Shown in pieces: positions 25,501-37,500 of a stretch of 64,000 nt of DNA. This stretch comes from Hormiphora californensis (taxonomy: Eukaryota; Animalia; Ctenophora). Both the position numbers and the translations under genes were made by a program. The stretch spans positions 2,170,001 through 2,234,000 of the forward strand of contig CM035355.1 in NCBI GenBank assembly GCA_020137815.1, given 5' to 3'. Positions within the stretch are counted from its first letter, which is position 1, and every line of letters begins with the position of its first letter. Below the pieces are notes generated by a model. It was not told where the DNA came from. It searched no databases and worked only from the letters and a program-made list of their open reading frames with translations.

Positions 25501-28500
25501 CCAGGTTGGTTACGAAGTCACCCCTGTTACTATATTGCATATATGAGCTATTATAGCGGAGGGGTAATTTCATTACCAACTTCCAGGAAAGTGAGACGAT
25601 CATGATGGATAATCTGAACTGTCCACCCCACGGGAAGACCATCACTGACTGTGTCTTTGAGTTGAACCATAACTGTGGACATAATGAGGATGTACACCTT
25701 GACTGCAGTAAGACTAGCCACTGTGGCCATTTAATGGCTCTTGACTGCAGTAAGATAGGGTAGAGAGGACTAGCCATGTGGTCATTTAATGGGGGGGGGG
25801 GGGGATAGACGGGAAACTTGGAGGGGGCCTTGAAAATAGAAGGGGCACATGTGATAGAAATCAGAAGGGGTAGGTATAGAAATGGGTATATTGAGAATTA
25901 GGGACGACTTTGGCAAGGGCAAAGCCTATCATAGTCAGGCACCAGTATTCTGTGCGGGAAACAATTTGATATTGTTAGAAAAGGGCTCGATAGTATGTAA
26001 TAGGATTTTCAGGTTTTTAGTAATCGGACTATTTAATATCTCTGTGTTAGCGACAAATTGATTTCTCCAACTAATAACTGATATACCCACTAATATTAGC
26101 ATCTTGACAGATTGTTTGGACGAAATTTTCACATTTCAATTGAGAAGCGAGGAGGGCGTGACTCAGACAGAAACCGGTCTTGGGTACCTCTTTGTCCAGT
26201 CATCGGACGAGGACCAGGTACGATTAGAATACTAGTCTAGTACAACTGCTAGTATGAAATGTAGCAGGTAGCTATTATTGCTGTTAATCCTGACAAGTTA
26301 CCATGGAAACTAAACCCTCCCCTGCAGATTGAGAGTGGTGCGGTGTGTTACGATAACATCAACAAAGAAACAATCGATCGGGTCTGCACGAAGATGGGAT
26401 TCGAGTGCAGTGTTCTGTGGACCAAGTCAGCCATTGAGGACGTAAGTAACTGTACATTCAGCTGTTGTTGTAAATGCATGTACCTATATGAGATAATTGG
26501 CTTTAACCTCGTGTTATGAATTAAATGGGAATTGGGTGCGGTTAGAAGACAAGTGATCACAACTCGTTCCTCCCTTTGCCCCAATAGTTCTTCTCCATCA
26601 CAGGAGGAGTTGGAGACGGTTATGGGAGATCTCCAGTGTATTGACGAGGATACATGTTTGTTCAGCCGAGATCCCGATTGTAGCAGAGAGCAGGTCTACC
26701 TAGCTTGTGGTTAGTTAGAAAATAGGACCTCTACCTGACGGCCGAACTACATACATTGTGTGCTGTAATGTTATCACTTGTATAATCGGATATATATATG
26801 TATATGTATAATTTTGTGTCATTGTTCATTTTATTTTGAACCGATATTGTTTTCAGGACGAGGGGAGGAGTGTACGGGGCACAATGTGAATCTGATGCTG
26901 TTTGACGAGTCAGGTGCTGATGTTTCAGCCAGTGGTCAGGGGCTTCTTATTGCTCAATCAAAAACTAAATCAAACGTGAGTTGTCTTTGGTAGTTCAAGA
27001 CTAAGGTGGGATACAGTATACGTAGAAAATTGATCCTAACGAGTAATTTACACCTTGATTGCCCGGAAAATAGAGTCTAAGCAAGTCAAATAACTACCTT
27101 TTTCCAGATAAAAGGAACGGTTTGTGACGACAACTTCAACATCAAAACGGCAAAGATTATCTGTCAAGAACTGGGGTTCCAGTGTGCACACACCTTTTCC
27201 AATGGGGGTGACTGGGACATTCAGGAAACTATGGAGATAAGGATGGACGAGCTGGATTGTACGGGGGCAACCGGGTTTGCGGAATGTACCTTTGAACAGA
27301 ACCATAACTGTGGGCACAGTGAGGATGTATTCCTGTCGTGTGGTAAGTTGCTTAGCAACGTGTGGTAGGTCGCTTAGCAACGTGTGGTAAGTTGCTTAGC
27401 AACGTGTGGTAGGTCGCTTAGCAACGTGTGGTAGGTCGCTTAGCAACGTGTGGTAGGTTACTTAGCAACGTGTGGTAAGTTGCTTAGCAACCATCATCCA
27501 ACGGCTAGGTCCCAGTCTAGTAAATTCTAGACTTGGGCCATGTCATAGACTGGTAGAATTATTTTCCGATTGCGAAGAACTTGGATCCTTATCATACATA
27601 ATGTTTTATTGATTCCTAAGAACTTATATGATCATAATAAACAGCTCTGTCTCGGTTACAACAAGAGGCCCAGCATTCTTTGAATTACAATCCAAATTAT
27701 CGATAAGGAGTTTTTCTAGGAATAACCAGGATGATCTCAGGATCTTAGTACTCGAAATATGTCATATATAATTCCCTTTATCGGCTCTACTTCAGTAACA
27801 CAAATTACTGATAAATAATTACTTTTTACCAGTACTCTAGGCCCCGCGAGATTTGCATTTAACCGGTTTTTCCTAGGTTCAGACTGTTCTTATCAGTTTA
27901 GGCTGGTTAATGACGAGGGAGAGACGACCACTAGCGGCCAAGGACTGCTTATCGCTTCCCAATCTGGCCTAGACAAGGTGAGATCTACGTAGTTTTATAG
28001 GTATCCCAAGCTGCCAACAAGCTGCAATATTATAGATCTCCACCATCCCATCACAGCACGAATTTCGTATGTAGCGTCCTCATCATGTGATTCACACCCT
28101 AAATATATGGGCCAATGGCAACTATACTTGTCATGAATTGTAACGTCATGAATTATATCGTTAGGAAGGGACAGTGTGTGATGATGGTTTTGGGGCGAAT
28201 GAGGCGGATGTTATTTGTCGTTCCATGGGATTTCAGTGTGCTGCAACTCACTTCTCTTCGGTAAGGAATATCTTCCCTTGTTATATGTTTTAACTCTCCG
28301 GCCCAGAGGCTCCGGGGCGCTAAGACGGGCTAAGACAAGGCAAAACTTCCCCACGTGTGTGCCAATATATATGTTTATCCTCTTTCATTCTCTCAAGGAA
28401 ATTTTATATTGGATGTCTCAGGCAAGCCGTAGAGTCCAGTTTACCTACGATATCCTGTTGGACAATGTGAACTGTGATGATGGTGTAACGGAGTTTGGAG

Positions 28501-31500
28501 ACTGCCAACACATGACTTCAACCAATTGTGATCACTCTGAAGACATTTTCCTACTTTGCAGTCAAGGTATAACAGCCCCCCCCCCCCCGGCCTCCCGCTC
28601 CCCCTGCTATAGAGTTTATCCAATCAATTGATATGTAGGGCCATGTCCATGTTAATCGAAGTACTAGCTGTTCTTTTTATCTTTATTTTCAACTTTCCCT
28701 TCAGCTACAAATTGTGGTGAGATGAATGAGAGTCCGATAACGTTTTCCCTGGCCAAGGCGGATGTTGATAAACACCACCTTCTCCAAGTGTCCAGGACTT
28801 GGGCAGACACATCTTACGTGAGTGACCCTAGTAGTCGATCAAACAATGCAATATTTTCTCATTCTGTATACTCTAGAACATTGATGATTGATGAATGATC
28901 TCTTTTGGCGAATCAATATAGTTTGTGAAACTATATTTCTTTGGAAACAGCAACATATTTATTTAGATGGGAACGGTTTGTAACGATTTGTTTGATGACA
29001 TCGCCGGTACAATTATCTGCAAGGAAATGGGAAAGAATTGTTTGAAGTCCTTTACCTCCCGCAACTCTCTCTCAATAACCAGCAATGTTTCTATGCCCAT
29101 TCTCCTGGATGATGTGTCGTGTACACTGGAAGGGGGCACCGAGCCCAGTTTTGAAGATAACTGCCAGTACAAATTCACACACAACTGTCAACATGGGGAG
29201 GATATTTTCCTACAGTGCGGTACGTGACTGTTTTAGTAGGTGGTACGTGGCCAATTTGGTGGGTAGTACGTGACTTTGGTATTGTGATAAGTTATCACTG
29301 ATAACCATCAAGAAGCGAAAAATATACGATATTCATCATAGTTATTCCAGTGGTCTTCTGTTCTGTTCTAACAGGGCTAATATTTCTACAGGTAGTGAGC
29401 AAGAATGTGCAAAGGATAATCTGGTATTCCGAATAGTAGACTCTTCCATGCAAACCTCCCACCTGGGTCGGGGAGTACTATTAGCTCAGTCCAGTTCTAA
29501 TCCGAGTCAAGAGGGTACAATATGTGGGGAGGAGATGAGTGTCGAGACAGCGGGCCGGATCTGCAATTTCCTTGGATTTAACTGCCTTCAGGAGCTAACT
29601 ACAGGGCAGCTTCCAGGACTTTCAGCAAGGTATATAACACTGGTGCACACTCTGTGGGTTCAATTGCGAAGTGATGAGCATTCGGTTTGGCATTAATTGG
29701 CAAGTTAATTAACTCAATTTGGTGACTTCGTTAAGACTCGGAAATTGTAATTTGTTTTTCAGGGTTACCAATTGTGGCAAGTGGTGTGGTGTGTGACAGT
29801 TCGAGTATGTCACAGTGTACATTTGAGGCCGGACCTGGAAGGTGTTCTCACCAGCAAGATGTCCACCTCTCTTGTGGTGAGTTCTAATGCATTATTCATC
29901 GAAGGCGATAGCTATAATCTCCTAGCTATTTTTTGTCTCAGCGGTACAAATTCGATCCTCCTCCTAGTAAAGTTTTCCATCCTCTTATCATTATTTGAAC
30001 CATTCGGATTCCATGCTTCCCCGGGACGAACAGTTCAACCCTTCTTAACGTACGTGACCTAATTCGTTTGCAGCTAACATCTGTGTCAGCAACGATAAAG
30101 GAACAAAGATAATGGCATCACTCCACCAGCCCGATCTAACACTTTCTACCGACGGATCTGGGCTGCTGGTCGTCAACTACTTTGATACCAGCGAAATGGC
30201 AAACATTGTAAGAATATAAAACCTCTTTCATTACTATCTCAATTTCTAACTATATCCTATTTCTATCCAAATCTATCTCTCTATTTTAGTCCAATCAATC
30301 TATCTCTATTCGATTCTCCTTTTCTTTCTTGTTATCTCTTTGTTTCCAGAAAGGCACAGTTTGTAGAAACGGAATGACCATGAGCACCGCCCACATAATC
30401 TGCAAAAAGATGGGATACACCTGTGCTAAACGTGTCTACTCGCTACCAAACCCAGTTACAGACCAGGTAAAATTACCGCTGGCCGCTGGTGTGTGCGGGT
30501 TAAAAATCAAAATTTTAATTTTAATTTTAACTTGGTGTGTGGTGACCCTTACACAACCCAGGTTTCCCTTCCGATACTGATGAGTGAGATGATCTGTACA
30601 GACGATGGGCAGGAGAACTTGAACTCATGTAGTTTCACTGTTAGTCACCACTGCAGTCACGAGAGAGACGTCTTTCTACAGTGCGGTAAGAGGGTTAGAG
30701 CTGTTGAAAACAAATTCCAATTCTTACTTTGATTGGACGTTGGGACACAATTTCCATTAACATAAGAATGGCGTTTGAATGGCCGCGGTTCCTGACCTAA
30801 TAATTTCAGGTGGGGTGTTGGACGTGATGAATCTACAGACGGTTGTCACTGTACAAACCGACCTGACCCACCCTGAAAATCTTTATGACGGGTGAGAACT
30901 ATAAGTAGGCTCGTTGCTTTTCATTTTCCAAACTATTTCACAATTTCTAGTTTTAGCAAACCCCGGCCTAATCTTTGAACAACAATTCAGGCAGTTGGCA
31001 ACGTATCAGGAATTCTCTGCTGGAATGTCGACAACCCTGTCCTTAGTTGGCCTCCCAGAGGTAGAATTCATCAAGATCTACCTGAGAGATCCCAGGAGAT
31101 GGGTAAGTTGGCTTTCTATTAAACATAGCAATCATGATTCATGGGTAAGTTAATTCGTTCAGGGGCGCTTGCCATTGCAGTTACCATGGAATATGTTGGC
31201 GATTCAGCTATCAACTTACCATTATATAAGGAGAACTCAAAATTACTTATTTTATTGCAGACATTTGAAGGACGTATCAGTTACAATGATGGGAGTAACA
31301 TTACGTTCGAGCACAGTGGCCAGCCAACTGAGATTCTGATAAACTTTGATCCGGTTCGCATTGATAAACTGCATATTTATGGAGTTAGTGGGACCATGGA
31401 GATTGCGGAAGTAACAGCATACAGCGCTGAATTCAATGGTACATACTACTTATAATTAGCACCTTAATTAGCACCATCTGCGAAGATCCCTGCTTGTCAA

Positions 31501-34500
31501 TATATCGATTCTGATTTAATGTTTAACCAATAGTTCAACTAGTAACTACACACATCATAACCCAGACACATGCGACACTACGTTCTCATTGGTGAACAAA
31601 GCAGGAAACCCATCGCATACTGGGTATGGACTGCTGAAAGCCCACTGGATGAAAGAACACAATCTAAACGCAGAGGTATTACATCTACCGCCACTTCCGA
31701 TATAATAAGAGTTCCATTATCGTCTATTGATAAGTTGTTGTGTTAAATAGGGACAAGTTGAGACGTGTATTGACCTCATTTTATTTATTTATTTATTTAT
31801 TTATTAAATACTAACTCATGTTATTCTAGTTGGTAGAAGGGACAGTGTGCGATGATGGATTTACCCAAGAGGCGGCAGACGCTATCTGTATGAGCATGGG
31901 CTACGAGTGTGCAAACTACTGGCAGAATGGAGAATCAGAAAGGTACATGGCATGATCGATGACTCTTCCCACTGTGGGGCCCATAAAATATAAGCAAAGC
32001 TAAAACTTGGGGCCAACTTCTAGTTTGTATTTCCGGGACCCGGAGGGAGAAGGTCGAAAAAGTCAAGTCTGTATGTCATCCAAAAAAATTAAATTTGTAA
32101 ATTTTCGTTCTGAATTTGTTTCTTAAACCACATTCATTTGTTTTGCTCAGGTGGAAAGTTCAGTACCTGCTGAAGATCGTCATGTTTGATGTATTCTGTA
32201 TGGGAGAAAACCCTGATATCTCAAACTGTACTTTTGATACACAGCGAATGAACTGTGCACACGATGAGGATGTATTCATTTCTTGTGGTGGGTAAAATCC
32301 TTTAGAGTAGCCCAGTGTTATGTCACAGTGTCACAGTCAGTACGTGATGATTGTAGCAGCTTTGCAATCTCCTAGTTACCATCTTTATATCCATGGTGCA
32401 TGCTATTGTGCAATTGAAACATTACAATTACAATGTCAGATAAGAGATACGACTCGCTGGGTTGTTGGGATGATGGAGATGATAATGCAGCCATCCCTTC
32501 CCTGGAGGGTTCCTTCCCGTACTCCAATAGATCCTGGGTGGAAAGACCTGATCCGATTGCTGCTTGCCGCCGGGCTGCTGAATCAAAAGGTTTGTAATTG
32601 TAGTTGGTCGGACATATATCTCGGATATAAAATATCCAACTTCTAGCAACTGCAGAAATCAGTAGCTTTCTAAATTAATCGTTCCCCTCCGCCAGGTTAC
32701 TCTGTGTTTGCTATCCAGAACGGTGGGTGGTGTGCCAGCTCCGCCACAGCTCAGAGCACCTACCGGAAGTACGGTGAAGCTGACAACTGCAGAGAAGATG
32801 GAACCGGTGGCTTTTATTCCAACAATGTCTACGAAATCACAAGTTAGTGGTTGCCATGACAACTGCATGTATGGTTACCATGGTTACAATATGCCTTTTC
32901 ATACTCTTGTTTTGTCCAAGGCTCATAGTATTACTCTTCTTTCAGGGACGGAACTCCATTCGTTAGGCTGTTGGAAGGATGATTATCACCGGGCAATACC
33001 AAGTTTGGAATTCACAGACAGGCCAGCTGAGCTGAGTGACGATCACTACATGAGATACGATCCCATCGAGGACTGTAAAAATATCGCTGAAAAACGCGGT
33101 AAGATCACACCGAATATGTTTCGATTCAAAATTTGAATGGTAAAGTTTGTAGCCCTGTCTCACTTCAATTTTCCTCTGACAGGTTACAAAGTTTTTGCAC
33201 TAACTAGAAATGGCCAGTGTTTGGGAGGTCCGGATGCCTGGGAAAACTACAACGCCAACGGTCGATCAGATAAATGTAACGACAATGGACTCGGCGGATT
33301 TGGGGCTTATGAAGCCTACAAAATAAGAGGTAAACATGTTCTACCCTGATTTCCATGTGTTCAAGTAAAAACTAATCGACCAAGATTAGGGGACAGCTAT
33401 CCCAGGTTCCTAAGACGTCTTTTATAAGCAAGATTCCTAAGACAAGCAAACAAACTACTCGTAACCCAATCTTTCAGAGGGAAAGTGTGGGGAGAGGAAG
33501 TCTAGTTATCGGTTTACGTTGATGGATGAGAACTGGAACAAGGGAGTCAACTCTGGTCTTCTCCTTGTTACCAGCTCAGGAGGAGACGAGGCAAGTAAAC
33601 TTCCCAATTTGCGTGATCCCTAGTACTATCTATATTATAAAGTACAAATGCGTGGCGTGATGAGGATGTCGTATCCCACGTGCAAATAGAGGGGGGTTGC
33701 CAAGGAGGTGCTCTGGGAGGGGTATTGGAGGGTGATACTGCACGTGCATGTTGTTTGTTGTTTGTTTCGTGTTCCTGTGTGGTTTTCCTGTGGTGTTTTG
33801 GGATCTACTGCTGGGGCCGCCATGATAGCCAAAGCCTTTCTACCTACGTACCCCGTTGATTTTCTACACAGCTACAATTCTACGGATCTTTATCACCTGA
33901 TTCTACATGTTATTCAGCGGGATTTCCCTTGATGTTTATCACCAGCGCTCTACCACTACCAACCTCCGTATTCTTTACCCCAACATGGAGAGACAAAGAG
34001 TAAGAGGGGGGGGGACATAGAGACGGGTGGGGCGGGGGCTGTTGTGGGATCTCAATGGGCTTTCTAGTCCTTATTATAATTTGCAAATGCGTGGCGTGAT
34101 GATGTAGTATCCACACGTGCAAATAGAGGGGGGTTGCCAAGGAGGTGTCATAGCCCCTACGCAGCGAGTGATTGATGGCTGCACGTGCGGGTTGGTGCAG
34201 CGGGTGAGAGGGGCGTTCCTGGGTGAGGGAGAGCGTGGGGATTCGGGTCAACGGGTGCTCTACTTCAACGGGCTTTCTAGTTCACTATAAATGCATAGTA
34301 TCGTTGAACTTTGGGAATGTGTCTCGAGAGAAATGTACTTGTTTTCGATTGTTTAATATTTCGTTTCATTGTAGCTGTCATCAACGGAGGGAACGGTATG
34401 TGATGATATGTTTAACCGGACTGCCGCTCAAGTAATCTGTAAAGAAATGGGCTACAAATGTGTTACAGGTAAGTTACAATCGTCAAATTTCGGTCACTTT

Positions 34501-37500
34501 TAGTTAAATAGTTCTCGATCACTATCAATTTTTCTTTATTCCTTGCCTTCTATAAGTATATCTGTAATGGTCCACCATATTTCAAATAGCATAAAGGAGA
34601 CAGCTTCTGTTGTTCACCATCAACAGGGTGCTCAGTACTTATTTTACAGGTTGGGGAACGTTCCACTGGGACGATGTCCAGAACAAGTTTCCCATTGTTC
34701 TGGATGATGTGGAATGTGGTAGAGAGAACATCACCTTCAGTGAGTGTGGCTTCAAGACCACCACCAACTGCGTGCATAACGAGGATATTCACCTCTCGTG
34801 CAGTAAGTGTTTTGGAGAGAGATTTGGAGTGTTTTGGAGAGTGATTTGGAGAGAGATTTGGAGTGTTTTTTGAGAGTGTTCTGGAGAGATTTGGAGAGTG
34901 TGAAAAGTTGTGGGAGGACACTGCGAGATAAAACTCACTTTTTAGACATGCACTGTAAAGAACCAACGTATAAGTTCCGATTGGTGAATGTAGAGACGGG
35001 AGAGGAGGTGGATGATGGGATTCTCCTGGCTACACTCAACGACACCACAACAATCATTGTAAGGGAGATATTTCAGGGGATTTAGCTTGGGAGGGAGATA
35101 TACTTAGTGTTTCCTGCCTTGTTCGACCCTTTCTCTTCACGCCCCATGTGAAGGGAGGGAGGGAGATATTCCATGTTTCCAGGAAATTAAGTCTCTTTTT
35201 TTCCAGGAAGGAACGGTCTGTGACGATATCTTTGAGATGGACACTGCCAACGTCATCTGTCATGAAATGGGCTACAAGTGTGCACGGAACTTCTACACTG
35301 TCGGAGGATCGTCTGAGGTAATTGGAATTTTGGAAACCATGCTGTTGACTGTTCTTTAACAAGATTAACTGATCAGAAGGCATATATTATTATTTGTTTT
35401 CTTCTTATTATATTGGAAGCTGATAGTTAGAAATCAGTCAGCACATGATCACCATTCACCACCCCCCCACCAGCACATGATCACCCTCCCCCACTTTTAG
35501 TTCCAAGAGGACAAGTTGATTGTGTTGGATAATGTGGTGTGCACCGCGGGATCGGACCACTTCTCCCAGGAGACATGCTCCTTTGTCATGGGCCACAACT
35601 GTGATCACATGGAGGATGTCTTCCTTAGCTGCAGTAAGATTTGTGTAGAGTTATCATAATACTAGTTACAGATGTAGCATGATTTGTATAGAGTTAGACC
35701 GTGAAGGGGCGTCCATAACAATCCTCAAGCATATAATTTTAGTTGCAGCAAACTAAAAGTGGCCAGTTGGTCATCTCCATGGTAACAACCATCGATGCTT
35801 CCAATAATGGAAGTTACCATGGTAACGTTACCATCCTCAGAGAAGACCCAGGAGGAGTGTGACAGAAAGGAGGGTATTGAGTTTTACCTGGCAGATATTG
35901 ACACCGGTGAACGAACTACGGGACTCTCTGGGATTCTCTTTGCCAACAGAACTGATGCAAAGAAGGTATTGGCAGACGTAAACATTTTACAAATTTTCGT
36001 CATATATTGATTAATTGTTATGTATGCAGCATGATAGTTCCAAACTGACTAATCACGTTTGTTCAACTCACTCTCCCTTCAGCTCGGAACTGTGTGTGAC
36101 GATGGATTTGGTACGGATACTGCAGACATAATTTGCCAGGAACTCGGCTTCAAAGCCTCGGTGACGTGGGCCACGGCTGAGGGTCAACCCTGGATGGTAG
36201 GTTATCAGAGAGGATGGGGGCGGGGAGGGTGGGGGCTAGGAGCCAAGATGGTAGGTCGGGGAGGGTGGGGACTAGCGGCTAGGGAGCCACGATGGTAGGT
36301 CGGGGAGGGTAGGGGCTAGCAGCCCGTGAATCGCGTTGGTAGGTCGTGAGTCCCAAATCCGTCGATAAGTTTAGAGACATCTCTTTGGCCCATCGCCCAG
36401 TTATTCGACTGATTTTCACCTACTCTCAATGCTAGGATATGAGATAATATTCCTAAAATTATGTCATTGCTGTCTGTTTTAGGAAAACCACACAGCAGTA
36501 CTGGACGACGTTCAGTGTTCTAACAATGCTACTTCTTTCTCCGACTGTTCCTATGTCACCTACCATGACTGTTCTTACTACGAAAATGTCTATCTTGTTT
36601 GCAGTAAGTATCAAATCTCTTACTTTATCTGAATTTGGAAGTTAAAATATGATCCTATTTCGTTAACTGAAACACTGGATTTCCTAGGTAACCGAGTGAT
36701 AAATGATGGTTTATCATTCTACGTGGTCGATGAACACGGAAAGCAGATAGTAAACGGTCTTGGCCTGCTTATTGCTCACCGGCTAAAAACTGATGGGGTA
36801 AGTACGAAATCATAATCAATCTCCCCTACCAGGGTGCAGAAAATTTTTGGCAGAAATGAATTTTTCGGAGCGTGATTCACGCACCGTTTAGGGTCAAGTT
36901 GCGTGCTACCAAGCTCCAGAATAGCAAATAAAAGTAATCCCATAATCTCCAAACAGGGTCCAGTGACGGGAGTGGTGTGTTCCCCTGGGTTCAATTCGAT
37001 GACCGCCTCGGTGGTGTGCAAACAAATGGGCTATACGAGTGCAGTTAATTTCGAAAATGGCAGTCACATGTGGGGTGTTCAGGTATTTTCCCTCCTATCA
37101 TAAGTCATAATTCCGATATATATGCATTCAGTCTCTGATGAATTCTTGAAATAACATCACCCGTCCTTTCGACGATTCCAATCAGGTTTCACAAAATAAA
37201 ATAAGTTTTATGTTAGTTATTAGTTTCATGCTTTTTACAGCCTTTTATCAAGTTAATCTGTTTTTTAACACCCCCTCTCTATCTCTCCCCCCACAGAGAG
37301 TCTACCCGTCCCTTGTGACGAACTTCACCTGCACGGACCCTGCGAACATGTCCCACTGCACCTTTGATTACGAGTTCAACTGCGAACACCCCAACAACAT
37401 CTTCATCGAGTGTACCACCTCTACCCACATGCGGTACATCTGTCCGGAGGGAGCTCACCAAGTGAATGAGAAGTGTGAACCGTGCCCCAGGAACACCTAT

